A stretch of 64,000 nt of DNA from Octopus sinensis (GCF_006345805.1 NC_043000.1:155868001-155932000); one strand, 5' to 3'; shown: positions 39,425 to 52,344, numbered from the stretch's first letter. Made by a program: numbers and translations. Notes: generated by a model from the letters alone, not told the origin.

Positions 39425-39633
39425 CCTGATGATGTGGAGGAGTGTGAATGGCAGGCTGTATATTTCTGATGGATGACAACACGCCACATTTGTGCAGCCA
39501 TCAATTCAGGACCATTGACGGCCCTTACTTCAGGTAAAGGCAAAGTACTGCTTTCGTTTTCAGACAGTGTGAAGTTCTGATAGGCAAAGAACTGGTTGAC
39601 CAACGAGTCCCAGTACTGCAGGGTGCACGGGAT
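39425..39633 (-). CDS. VPS13B: VPS13B exon 8 (209 nt, phase 0 to 2)
   Basis: cttgtag/ATCCCG ... TCAGG/gtaagt. Peptide IPCTLQYWDSLVNQFFAYQNFTLSE...LPLPEV...AQMWRVVI, cf. human VPCSLEYWDELQKVFVAFREFNLSE...SDLWRIVL. Confidence 0.95.
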
Positions 39634-39984
39634 CTACAAGATTAAAAGAAAAACATAGACAAACTTGAGCAAAAATTGACAGTAAATAGTGAATGTTATG
39701 ACCAATTAACCTTCCTTTGATATTGCCGCATCTCTTATGTAATCATAGCTTGCACTGGGTACATCTTATGGAGTTTCTAACAATGTCTTTCCTACCAATC
39801 AAGTAAGGCCATCTACCTGAAGGGATTTGTGATTTGTCTGCTCTCTTATTCACTAAGACTTTAGTTTTTGCTAGATTAACTCCAAGGCCCTTTCACTCTA
39901 GACCTTGCTTCCATGCCTGAAAGTTCTTCTCTAGTTCTGGTAGTGATTCAGCTATAAGAGCAAGGTTATCAGCATTAGAGGAGC

Positions 39985-40400
39985 TCCCAAGGGCAACCCA
40001 TCTTAAATTCATCTGTTATTGCCTGGAGGACTATTATGATCAAAACGGGTGCTGAGGACTGATCCTTGGTGAACCCCTACTTGTACTCTGAATTCATTGC
40101 TATACTTGTTGCCAACCTTCACTTTACTGACAGCATGCCAGTACATGGCTTGTACAACTCTCTCCAACCACTCATCTGACCCTAGCTTCCGTACTGACCA
40201 CCAGATAAGGGAGTGGGGGACTCAGTCAAAGGCTTTCTCTAAGTCAATGAAAGGTACAGGTATAGGGGTTTAGCTAGATATTTCTCCTGCAGTTGTCTAA
40301 CCAGGAATATAATATCAGTCATGTTCCTGCCTGGCACAAATCCGAACCGCATCTCATCTAGACTAACTCTCTCCCTAAATAATTGAGCTATGACCTTTTC
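39985..40400 (-). mobile_element. RTE LINE RT fragment
   Basis: Similar to 5150-5600 (GVHQGSVLSTRF, QFGFVPGR). Confidence 0.8.
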
Positions 40401-40961
40401 TGTGACTTTCATCCCCTGGTCCAGCAGTTTGAAGCCTTGACTTTCATCACCTGGTCTGGCAGTTTGATGTAAGATATATAACTGTAATGAAATGGATCAA
40501 ACATAATATCATCATTATTTGTTTGGCCAATTCCTTGTCAAATAAATACTGAATCATGAGAGCTAACTGGTTCTTTATTTTATAGACCTCCAGAAAGATG
40601 GAACGTAAAGTTGACCATGACAATTTGAATGCAGAAGGAAGAAATACTATAATAAGCATTTGTCAGGCACTAACATCATCATCATCATCATCATCATCAA
40701 TGTTTAACATCCGTTTTCCATGCTAGTATGGGTTGGACGGTTCGACCAGGGTCTGGGAAGCCAGGAGGCTGCACCAGGCTCCAGTTTGATCTGACAGTGT
40801 TTCTACAGCTGGATGCCCTTCCTAACGCCAACCACTCCGTGAGTGTAGTAAACATGCATTCCCATGCCAGGAACGCAGTTCGGTCAAATCACCACCATTA
40901 TTGTGTAGTATTACAATGAAAATTAGGAAGCAGTAATGAAGTGTGCATCAACAATACTTAC

Positions 40962-41140
40962 CTGAGATGGTTGTTGGTCTAAAATACTGGACTCATCCAC
41001 AAGACTGAATGGTACAGGTGAAATGGTGACATGAGACAGTACACGACTCTGATCATAGCACCATGTCATTGAACTGTTACCGTTATTATCACAATTGCAG
41101 AATAATATCTGGTGTGGGCCTGGATGCCCATCTGTTATCA
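40962..41140 (-). CDS. VPS13B: VPS13B exon 7 (179 nt, phase 1 to 0)
   Basis: gtttag/TGATAAC ... TCTCAG/gtaagt. Peptide HQILFCN...SMTWCYDQSRVLSHVTISPVPF, cf. human YEVLFYN...MMLWRYPEPRVLTLVRITPVPF. Confidence 0.95.
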
Positions 41141-41269
41141 CTAAACATGTGAAGAGAGAAAGATGAAATTATCAAAATATACTTCTACTTAAGTAGTACA
41201 AAGTAATTTTTTTTTTTAAGAGGATAGGATACAATGCAGTGACTCAACTCAGGTATATAACTAGTAGTT

Positions 41270-41662
41270 GTGGAGGCGCAATGGCCCAGTGGTTAGAGCA
41301 GCGGACTCGCGGTCATAGGATCGCGGTTTCAATTCCCAGACCGGGCGTTGTGAGTGTTTATTGAGCGAAAACACCTAAAAGCTCCACGAGGCTCCGGCAG
41401 GGGATGGTGGTGATCCCTGCTGTACTCTTTCACCACAACTTTCTCTCACTCTTACTTCCTGTTTCTGTTGTACCTGTATTTCAAGGGGCCGGCCTTGTCA
41501 CTCTCTGTGTCATGCTGAATATCCCCGAGAACTACGTTAAGGGTGCATGTGTCTGTGGAGTGCTCAGCCACTTACACGTTAATTTCACGAGCAGGCTGTT
41601 CCGTTGATTCGGATCAACCGGAACCCTCATCGTCGTAACCGACGGAGTGCTTCCATCCATCC
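41270..41662 (+). mobile_element. SINE family B copy
   Basis: Same family. 10-bp TSD ataactagta at 41257-41266 and 41663-41672. Confidence 0.9.
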
Positions 41663-42256
41663 ATAACTAGTACTTATTTTATCAACAGTGGATGTACACT
41701 AGCAAAGTTAATCCCAGTGAGATTTAGACTTAGAATCATTGGTCAAGAGAACATCAAACAACTGTCTAAAAATTTGACAGTTTACATGTATTGTGCTGTC
41801 TCCCACACTTTTCCTTCAGTACACGACCAGTCTCAGTTGCATGAACTTCTAACATCACAAACTCCTATACAAGTAATAAATTGTTCTTCTTTAACTTTCC
41901 ACATACAGGTATCATTCAGACATAACTTAGACATCTCAGCAAAACACCCACTACTTCTCAGCTATCATTCTTCTTCCCATACACCTTTGTTTGTACATAC
42001 ACATACACATTAAGTATGCATGACGGCCTGTCTATTGTTATTATTATATATGTACTTATGACGAACACACAGACACACACATGTTAACACCTAAATAAAA
42101 TCTTCTCTTAAACCTTCTATCAGTTGTGTCTCTTCCTTTTCCTTCTGGTACTTGTACTCATTTATCCATTTTGCTTCTATTGTAAGCGACCGTGCGGTGT
42201 ATTGAAGGAGTCATTCATTCGTCACCTCTCCTTTCGCACGGTCATTCTTACAAATT

Positions 42257-42326
42257 CAACATGCCTTACATTCCTGAGAAAACTTCTGTGAAATTCCATA
42301 AACAAAGAACATGCTCAGCAGTCCAA
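42257..42326 (-). pseudogene. Decayed partial duplicate of the 3' end of VPS13B exon 5, including its donor
   Basis: caacatgccttacattcctgagaaaacttctgtgaaattccataaacaaagaacatgctc aligns to 45061-45122 (caacataccttacattcctgagaaaactgttccgtgaaattccgtagacaaagaacatgctc). It has a 2-nt deletion and the donor changed from GT to GC. Confidence 0.85.
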
Positions 42327-42825
42327 TATCAAGTATAAAATTAAAAACTTAAAGCATGAGATAGGTACCCACTGTAGATTTTGGCAAGAAGCTTGTTTTG
42401 ATGAGCTACACTGAATAGATCAATGCATTATGTAGCAATATAATATAGTGGACATGAGCAAGCGTGTTTAAAAGTTTTGCTTCTCAGCAATGTGGTTTCA
42501 GGTTCAATACCACTACGTGACACTTTGGGCAAATGTCTTTGACAGTAGCTTTGGATTTACCAAAGTCTCACAAAAATGTAGTGGGAAGAACTGCTCCTGA
42601 TTTTGAGTGGTACACTTCATTCATTGCCCTGTTTAACACCACCAACTGACCACAGAGTGCCTCCAGTAGAGTTCACTCAGCTGAAAGCATTTGACTCATG
42701 TCACCAAATTTAGGAAGGAGCCCAATTGCTCCTTCCTACTCATCTTGGAGGCCCTGAGAAGAAGGTCATGCACACTACCTTTCCACCCCTGACTAAAACT
42801 ATAATTGTTTTTTTTTGTTTTTTTA

Positions 42826-43242
42826 GGCGCAGGAGTGGCTGTGTGGTAAGTAGCTTGCTTACCAACCACATGGTTCCGGGTTCAGTCCCACTGCGTGGCA
42901 TCTTGATCAAGTGTCTTCTGCTATAGGCCCGGGCCGACCAGTGCCTTGTGAGTGGATTTGGTAGACGGAAACTGAAAGAAGCCCGTCGTATACATGTATA
43001 TACATATATGTATGTGTGTGTGTTTGTGTGTCTGTGTTTGTCCCCCTAGCATTGCTTGACAACCGATGCTGGTGTGTTTACGTCCCCGTCACTTAGCGGT
43101 TCGGCAAAAGAGACCGATAGAATAAGTACTGGGCTTACAAAGAATAAGTCCCGGGGTCGATTTGCTCGACTAAAGGCGGTGCTCCAGCATGGCCGCAGTC
43201 AAATGACTGAAACAAGTAAAAGAGTAAAAGAGTAAAAGAGTA
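42826..43242 (+). mobile_element. SINE family A
   Basis: Same family. Confidence 0.88.
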
Positions 43243-43324
43243 AGTAATAAGGCAGGAAAGCTCATTTGACAATGCTGATACTAATTGGGAATGCAGAAAA
43301 TACTAAAACAAAAACCAGACTCAC

Positions 43325-43460
43325 CAGGGTCAATGATATACTCAAATTTTCCAGTTCGCAAGTCATCTACAGTATTCATAGTGACAAAACCATCCTGACT
43401 AGTGGAACTGACGGTTGGTTTGGATTCTGACTTGGAAGAAGACTGCTTTGCAAAGAGGGG
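43325..43460 (-). CDS. VPS13B: VPS13B exon 6 (136 nt, phase 0 to 1)
   Basis: tttttag/CCCCTC ... CCTG/gtgagt. Peptide ...TVDDLRTGKFEYIIDP, cf. human SSDDLRTGLFQYVQD. Not in the ORF track. Confidence 0.93.
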
Positions 43461-45068
43461 CTAAAAATAATGAATGACACACAGGAAGGGAGAAAGAATA
43501 AGAACAATGTCACATTTGATCCTTTGTCATTTTACATTAAAACAGCATCCCTACCAATCTATTGAAATTTATATGTTAAATAGTAATGGCTTAGTGATGA
43601 GGAATGTTAATGAGAATGATGATTATGATAATGACTGTAATGGTATTTGATGATGATGATGATGACCATGACAACAGAATTAATGTGAATGAAAGCACGT
43701 AAAAAGCACCATCCGACCGTGGCCATTGCCAGCTTCGTCTGGCCTCCTTGCCGGTGGCACGTAAAAAGCACCATCCAACCGTGGCCGTTTGCCAGCCCCG
43801 TCTGGCACCTGTGCCGGTGGCACATAAAAAGCACCCACTACACTCACGGAGTGGTTGGCGTTAGGAAGGGCATCCAGCTGTAGAAACACTGCCAGATCAG
43901 ACTGGGCCTGGTGCAGCCTTCTGGCTTCCCAGACCCCAGTTGAACCGTCCAACCCATGCTAGCATGGAAAGCAGATGATGATGATGATGATGATGGTAAA
44001 TGTTAATGATGATGATGATGTGGTGCTAGTGTTATGACTGTGGTGTATAGTAGAAAACTGATGTCACAAAGCCATTTAGAAATTTAAAAACAAAAAAAAA
44101 ATCAATGAAGAGGGCTATAACAAAAAAACATGTCAACAACAAATGTTGCAAACGAAACTTTAATAACAACGTATGACAGCTTGTTTCTCATTCAACCTAA
44201 ATTTTATATAAAAGAGATATATGAATGTTATTACGTTTTTATTTATTTATTTTTTAATTATGAACTATTGGAGCTCATTAACACACATATGCACCACCCA
44301 CACAGGAAAAGATATTTCTAAGGAGTCATCATTAAAGTCATTCAAATCCAAAGAAATGGTAACATATTCAAAGGGATAACACAGTTTACAGAATATGTTA
44401 CTTGTTTCTCATTTATCGGAATCGAAATTGAACCAATCCTATGACTGGCACCCGGCAGTTGCCAGGACCCCTGGACTGGTGGTACGTAAAAAGCGCTATC
44501 CGAATTGTGGCCGATGCCAGCGTCGCCTCGACTGGCTTCCGTGCCGGTGGCACATAAAAAGCACCATCCAAATCGTGGCCAATGCCAGTGCTGCCTCGAC
44601 TGGCTTCTGTGCCGGTGGCACGTAAAATGCACCAATGCGATTGTGGCCGTTGCCAGACTCACCTGGCACCTGTGCCGGTGGCACGTAAAAAGCACCCACT
44701 ACACTCACGGAGTGGTTAGCGTTAGGAAGGGCATCCAGCTGTAGAAACACTGCCAAATCAGACTGGAGCCTTCTGGCTTCCCAGATCCCCGGTCGAACCG
44801 TCCAACCCATGCTAGCATGGAGAACGGACGTTAAACGATGATGATGATGATTTAGGTGTTCATAGATATAGAGCAGCCTACATTCTTTCTTTTGCAATAA
44901 TTGCTTACAAAGACTAGAGATTTGTATTCCAATAAGCTCTCATCTTGCAAATTATGACAGACAGACAAACAAATGAATAGACAGATGAACAGAGAGACTG
45001 GCAGAGATAGGCTGTATGGCTGTATGTTTTTTTCACGGCAAAAGAATAAAGATCCTAATCCAACATAC

Positions 45069-45331
45069 CTTACATTCCTGAGAAAACTGTTCCGTGAAAT
45101 TCCGTAGACAAAGAACATGCTCCTGTCCAAAGTGAACAAGGAGCAGGCCCATTTCAAGTGTAAGTACGGTTTTTGGTAAATAGTCAGGACCACTATGGAC
45201 ACATTGCTGTGATGCTGTAGAAAAATTGAGGGATGTTGGTCCCAAGAATGGTAATGGTGGTTGCTTTGAATAGCAGGTTTTCAGTTGAACATCTTTTAAA
45301 CAGAGATTGCTCAAAATTTCATTGACGACCC
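45069..45331 (-). CDS. VPS13B: VPS13B exon 5 (263 nt, phase 1 to 0)
   Basis: ttttcag/GGGTCGTC ... TGTAAG/gtatgt. Peptide LCLKDVQLKT...FLGP...CVHSG...LPKTVLTLEMGLLLVHFGQEHVLCL, cf. human LIGP...CKHSG...IPKISIDLRGGLLQVFWGQEHLNCL. Confidence 0.95.
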
Positions 45332-45526
45332 CTGAAAAAATAGAATAGAAGACAAGGTGGAGAAATAATTTAACAAAAATATTAGGGAAAAACCAAGGGA
45401 AAAGCAAACCTGAATTTTCATAAAAACAAAAGACATGTGGTTTTTCACTAAGAAAATATTTACAAAATATAACTAAATTTCTAACATTTTGAACAACAGT
45501 CTCTATAACATACAAATCTATTCATA

Positions 45527-45947
45527 TAGGTGCAGGAGTGGCTGTGTGGTAAGTAGCTTGCTTACCAACCACATGGTTCCAGGTTCAGTCCCACTGCATG
45601 GCATCTTGGGCAAGTGTCTTCTAATATAGCCTCGGGCCGACCAAAGCCTTGTGAGTGGATTTGGTAGACAGAAACTGAAAGAAGCCTGTCGTATATATGT
45701 ATATATATATATGTGTGTATGTGTGTGTTTGTGTGTCTGTGTTTGTCCCCCTAGCATTGCTTGACAACCGATGCTGGTGTGTTTACGTCCCCGTCACTTA
45801 GCGGTTCGGCAAAAGAGACCGATAGAATAAGTACTGGGCTTACAAAGAATAAGTCCCGGGGTCGATTTGCTTGACTAAAGGCAGTGCTCCAGCATGGCCA
45901 CAGTCAAATGACTGAAACAACTAAAAGAGTAAAAGAGTAAAAGAGTA
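45527..45947 (+). mobile_element. SINE family A
   Basis: Same family; inverted partner at 46278-46686. Confidence 0.88.
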
Positions 45948-46277
45948 TATTTGCAAACTTTATTTACAAACTTTTTTCCACTGCAAAACTTCACTAATTC
46001 CTTTGCAATCCAATTGCGAATTCACTATATGATTGATTGCTCATTCTGCCAGAAAGCAGCAAAATCTAACTCAAATCACTTTCTTTCAAATAGGAAGATA
46101 GTTGATAGTCAAACATGTCCATGATTAATCTATATTTTTGTTATTTCTCATTTGTCCTGCTCGATTACATTCTGGTGTTTGCTGAATTTTCTTCAGAAAA
46201 TTTCTTAGTGGTAAGACCATAGCGGATCTACTTCTAGCATAAGGGTTGTCCACATTGTGGTCATCCCTCTTATCACT

Positions 46278-46686
46278 TTTACTCTTTTACTTGTTTCAGT
46301 CATTTGACTGCGGCCATGCTGGAGCACCGCCTTTAGTCGAACAAATCGACCCCGGGACTTATTCTTTTTGTAAGCCCAGTACTTATTCTATCGGTCTCTT
46401 TTGCCGAACCGCTAAGTGACGGGGACGTAAACACACCAGCATCGGTTGTCAAGCAATGCTAGGGGGACAAACACAGACACACAAACACACACACGCATAC
46501 ATATATATATATATATACATATATACGACAGGCTTCTTTCAGTTTCTGTCTACCAAATCCACTCACAAGGCATTGGTCGGCCCGGGGCTATAGTAGAAGA
46601 CACTTGCCCAAGGTGCCACGCAGTGGGACTGAACCCGGAACCATGTGGTTGGTAAACAAGCTACTTACCACACAGCCACTCCTGCG
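46278..46686 (-). mobile_element. SINE family A
   Basis: Same family. Confidence 0.88.
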
Positions 46687-46980
46687 TCATGTATGTAATA
46701 AGAAAATAGTAGATTAGATAATGTGTTTCTAGATATACAATCTCTGAATTTTAGATGAAATTGCCAAGTCTGCTTGGTCAAGGCTCATCTGGTACTAACC
46801 AACGACAACCAGTTGTTCTCTCAAACTGTTTTTCCTTTTCTTTTTTTTCTTTCCACTTCACACTTCTAACTGCATCTAGTTCAGGTTAAACTGTTACTAA
46901 TTCTCTACAGAGTACAAATACACTACACACTACAATACCAGAATTCTGACCAAAGATTTTTATAACCAGAAAGTTATCAA

Positions 46981-47138
46981 CAGGAGTGGCTGTGTGGTAA
47001 GTAGCTTGCTAACCAACCACATGGTTCCGGGTTCAGTCCCACTGCGTGGCATCTTGAGCAAGTGTCTTCTGCTATAGCCCCGGGCCGACCAAAGCCTTGT
47101 GAGTGGATTTGGTAGACGGAAACTGAAAGAAGCCTGTC

Positions 47139-47178
<40 letters not shown>

Positions 47179-47642
47179 TATATATTATATATATATATAT
47201 TTGCCAGCTCTGTCTGGCACCTGTGCAGGTGGCACGTAAAAAGCACCCACTACACTCACGGAGTGGTTGGCGTTAGGAAGGGCATCCAGCCGTAGAAACA
47301 CTGCCAGATCTGACTGGGCCTGATGAAGCCTTCCGGCTTCACAGACCCCAGTTGAACCGTCCAACCCGTGCTAGCATGGAAAGTGGACGCTAAACGATGA
47401 TGATGATGATGTATGTGTGTGTGTGTGTGTGTTTGTGTGTCTGTGTTTGTCCCCCTAGCATTACTTGACAACCGATGCTGGTGTGTTTACGTCCCCGTTA
47501 CTTAGCAGTTCGGCAAAAGAGACCGATAGAATAAGTACTGGGCTTACAAAGAATAAGTCCCGGGGTCGATTTGCTCGACTAAAGGCGGTGCTCCAGCATG
47601 GCCGCAGTCAAATGACTGAAACAAGTAAAAGAGTAAAGAGTA
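46981..47642 (+). mobile_element. SINE family A interrupted in its (TA)n centre by an RTE 3' end (about 47200-47410)
   Basis: 5' half 46981-47160, RTE UTR ending in (GAT)n, then 3' half 47410-47642. Confidence 0.82.
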
Positions 47643-47733
47643 ACAGTTTTGACCACTAATAATTTGCAAAATACCAAAAGTGACGTAAAGCTTAAATATG
47701 TCAATAGCATGACTTCAGAAAAGTTTTCAGTAA

Positions 47734-47765
<32 letters not shown>

Positions 47766-48204
47766 GCATATATCAATATCATCATCACTGTTTTAATATC
47801 CAGTTTTCCATACTTACATGGACCAGACAAATGCTGGCCAGACATGTATTAGCAGAACATTGGAAACAAATGACACTGCTTGTATAACAGTGACACTCAA
47901 TTACAACTATTATATGATGTTAAGGCAAGCTTACACTCACAAGTACATATATACATAGACATGTATACATACATATGTTATACAAAAGGGATTCTTTCAG
48001 TTTCCATCAACCAAATCCACTTCCAAAGGCTCTGGTCACCCTGGGGCTATAGTAAAAGACACTTGCTCAAGTTCCCTGCAGTGGGATTGAACTTGAAACC
48101 ATGTGGTTGAGAAGCAGGCTTCTTAACCTCAAAGTTAAGCATACCAGCCTCTATCTGCCTCTGCGTGTGTGTAGATAAATAAATAAATATATATATATGT
48201 ATAT

Positions 48205-51119
48205 ATCATCATCATCATCATCATCATTTAACGTCCGCTTTCCATGCTAGCATGGGTTGGACGGTTCAACTGGGGTCTGGGGAGCCCGAAAGCTGCACCA
48301 GTCCAGTCAGATCTGGCAGTGTTTCTACAGCTGGATGCCCTTCCTAACGCCAACCACTCCGAGAGTGTAGTGGGTGATTTTATGTGCCACCGACACAGGT
48401 GCCAGACGAGGCTGACAAACGGCCACGCTCGGATGGTGTTTTTATGTGCCACCGACACAGGTGCCAGACGAGGCTGGCAGACGGCCACGCTCGGATGGTG
48501 TTTTTATGTGCCACCGACACAGGTGCCAGACGAGGCTGGCAGACGGCCACGCTCGGATGGTGTTTTTATGTGCCACCGACACAGGTGCCAGGCGAGGCTG
48601 GCAGACGGCACGCTCGGATGGTGTTTTTATGTGCCACCGACACAGGTGCCAGATGAGGCTGGCAAACGGCCACGATCGGATGGTGCTTGTTACGTGCCCA
48701 CAGCACGTCGAGGCCAGTCGAGGTACTGGCTACGGCCACGTTCGGATGGTTTTCTTATGTGCCACGTGCCACCGGCACTGGTACCACAAAGATACAAATT
48801 CCATTGATGTTCATCTATTTTGATTTGTTTTGATTTGATTTGATTTTCACTTGCCTCAACAGGTCTTCACAAGTGTCACAAGAAGGAAGGTATGCACAGG
48901 TGGACTAACTACGTCCCAGGTAGGGGCCATGGGTTATGGCCTGACTAGTCTTGCCGGGTCTTCGGATGGTTTTTTTAGTGCCACCGACACAGGTGCTAGA
49001 TGAGGCTGGCGAACGGCCACGATCAGATGGTGTTTGTCATGTGCCCACCGCACTGACTACGGCACTGATGGATTTCTTGTGTGCCACAGGCACTGGTACC
49101 ACAAGATACAATTCCATTGATGTTCATCTATTTTGTCTATTTTGATTTGATTTGATTTGATTTTCACTTGCCTCAACCGGTCTTCACAAGTGTCACAAGA
49201 AGGAAGGAAGGTATGCACAGGTGGACTGACTAGTCTTGCCGGGTCTTCGGAAGGTGTTTTTATGTGCCACCGACACAGGTGCCAGATGAGGCTGGCGAAC
49301 GGCCATGATCGGATGGTGTTTGTTACGTGCCCACAGCACGGAGGCCGGTCGATGCGGAACTGGCTACGGCCACGTTCGGATGGTTCTCATGTGTGCCACC
49401 GGCACTGGTACCACAAAGTGTGTGCCACCGGCACTGGTACCACAAAGATACAGATTCCATTGATGTTCATCTATTTTGATTTGTTTTGATTTGATTTTCA
49501 CTTGCCTCAACAGGTCTTCACAAGTGTCACAAGAAGGAAGGTATGCACAGGTGGACTGACTACGTCCCAGGTAGGGGCCATGGGTTATGGCCTGACTAGT
49601 CTTGCCGGGTCTTCGGATGGTTTTTTTATGTGCCACCGACACAGGTGCTAGATGAGGCTGGCGAACGGCCACGATCGGATGGTGTTTGTCATGTGCCCAC
49701 AGAACGGAGGCCAGTCGATGCGGTACTGGCTACGGCCACTTTCGGATGGATTTCTCTTGTGTGCCACCGGCACTGGTACCACAAAGATACAAATTCCATT
49801 GATGTTCATCTATTTTGATTTGTTTTGATTTGATTTTGATTTGATTTTCCCTTGCCTCAACAGGCCTTTGATTTTCACTTGCCTCAACAGGCCTTCACAA
49901 GTATCACAAGGAGGAAGGTATGCACAGGTGGACTGACTACGTCCCAGGTAGGGGCCATGGTTTATGGCCTGACTAGTCTTGCCGGGTCTTCGGAAGGTGT
50001 TTTTATGTGCCACCGACACAGGTGCTAGATGAGGCTGGCGCGGCCACGACCGGATGGTGTTTGTTATGTGCCCACAGCACGATGGCCAGTGATGCGGTAC
50101 TGACTACGGCCATGTTCGGATGGATTCTTGTGTGCCACCGGCACTGGTACCACAAGCGGTACTGACTATTTTTTATGTGCCACCGACACAGGTGCTAGAT
50201 GAGGCTGGCGAACGGCCACGACCGGATGGTGTTTGTTATGTGCCCACAGCACGATGGCCAGTGATGGCGGTACTGACTACGGCCATGTTCGGATGGATTC
50301 TTGTGTGCCACCGGCACTGGTACCACAAGCGGTACTGACTACTTTTTATGTGCCACTGACACAGGTGCTAGATGAGGCTGGCGAACGGCCACGACCGGAT
50401 GGTGTTTGTTATGTGCCCACAGCACGATGGCCAGTGATGCGGTACTGACTACGGCCACGTTCGGATGGATTCTTGTGTGCCACCGGCACTGGACCACAAG
50501 CGGTACTGACTACGGCCACGTTCGGATGGATTCTTGTGTGCCACCGGCACTGGTACCACAAGCGGTACTGACTACGGCCACGTTCGGATGGATTCTTGTG
50601 TGCCACTGGCACTGGTACCACAAGGATACAAATTCCATTGATGTTCATCTATTTTGATTTGTTTTGATTTGATTTGATTTTCACTTGCCTCAGCAGGTCT
50701 TCACAAGTCGGAAGGTATGTACAGGTGGACTGACTACGTCCCAGGTAGGGCCCACGGGTTATGACCTGAGTAGTCTTGCCGGGTCTTCGGATGGTGTTTT
50801 TATGTGCCACCATGTTCCCACAGCACGGAGGCCAGTCGATGCGGTACTGGCTACGGCCACGTTCGGATGGTTTCCTTGTGTGCCACAGGCACTGGTACCA
50901 CAAAGATACAAATTCCATTGATGTCATCTATTTTGATTGATTTTCACTTGCCTCAGCAGGTCTTCACAAGTGTCACAAGAAGGAAGGTATGCACAGGTGG
51001 TCGACTACGTCCCAGGTAGGGGCCACGGGATATGGCCTGACTAGTCCTGCCGGGTCCTCTCATGCACAGCACACACTTCCATAGGACTCGGTCTTCAGTC
51101 ATTTCCTTGGTGAGACCTA

Positions 51120-51120
<1 letters not shown>
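48205..51120 (-). repeat. RTE 3' UTR expanded into a higher-order tandem array
   Basis: 62-bp units start at 48384, 48446, 48508, 48570 and 48631. About six recurring ~300-bp blocks contain gatacaaattccattgatgttcatctattttgatt. The ORF2 end LGLTKEMTEDRVLW lies at about 51060-51120. Confidence 0.88.
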
Positions 51121-51166
<46 letters not shown>

Positions 51167-51168
51167 AC

Positions 51169-51201
<33 letters not shown>

Positions 51202-52344
51202 TTTCTTTATTACCCACAAGGGGCTAAACTCAGCGGGGACAACAAGGACAGACATAGGTATTAAGTCGATTACATCGACCCCAAAAGGATGAAAGGCAAA
51301 GTCGACCTCGGCGGAAATTGAACTCACAACGTAACGCAGACGAAATACCGCTAAGCATTTCGCCCGGCGTGCTAACGTTTCTGCCAGCTCGCCGCCTTAT
51401 GATGATGATGGTGATGATATATATATATATATATATATCATCATCATCATGATATATATACACACACACGTGCACACGCACACACACACACACACATACA
51501 TACACATACACAATCCCCTATTCAACTTCAGTTAAAGCACCTGTCTTGTTAACTGACACAAATTTTCCAGATATATCAAAGAAAAACAGCTGGGAAGGAT
51601 TAAGCCTTTTTTTTTTCCCCGATAGACAAATATTTCTTTTAAATACACGCAAATCTTAATGTAATATATGAAAAATATGTATGGATAAGGGATTTCAAGC
51701 TGGTGAAGAGCATGGCCAGATGTTCAAAGTTGATGCTACATCACACAAAGAAGTGATCAAAAATAAAATACGTTTGGGAAACACAAGCTATTCCTTGAAA
51801 TACAAACACAATATTTAACCCTTTTGTTACCAACCCGGCTGAAACCGGCTCTGGCTCTGAGAACAAATGTCTTGTTTTTATAAGTTTTGAATTAAAATCT
51901 TCCACCAAACCATAGTCACAATTTATATTCCTAACACTTGCTTAATGATAACAAAAGTTATTTTACTAAAGTATTTGTTATATTTAAAGTAATTAAAAGA
52001 AACACAGAACATCTCAAAATAAATACGGTAACGAAAGGGTTAGACATGTCTCAATGTAAACAAATCCATTTTAACTTTTTTGACTTTTGAGTTATTGAAA
52101 AGAGGTGGAGCAGTAACCATGACAATGCTAGTGAATTTGATATAGCCGATGTTCAGTAATATCTGAAGGAGACTATAAAAATGAGAAAGGAACTCTAGTT
52201 TTATTTCAGTTTTATTTTGTATGGGATCTGGACGATGAAATACAGTAGGACCAATGGGAGAATAGATGGGAAAAGATGGGGATGTGCTAATAGTTAATTC
52301 AATGGGGCAGTAACCATTGTAGTGATGGTTAAAAAAGTAAAATG

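Noticed and set aside
41270-41345. tRNA genes at SINE heads
   Set aside because: A/B boxes are present but there is no complete cloverleaf, and each head continues into a SINE body with tail and TSD.
47330-47365. CUGAUGA-AGCC-uucc-GGCU as a hammerhead
   Set aside because: No GAAA follows stem II; it is a point-mutated version of the RTE UTR ctggtgcagccttctggct.
48244-51019. CRISPR-like array (palindromic constant repeat gtgccaccggcac with variable intervening sequence) and long ORFs in several frames
   Set aside because: The spacers are themselves 2-3 recurring variants, the context is a eukaryotic LINE 3' UTR and there are no cas genes. The ORFs are by-products of stop-poor tandem repeats.
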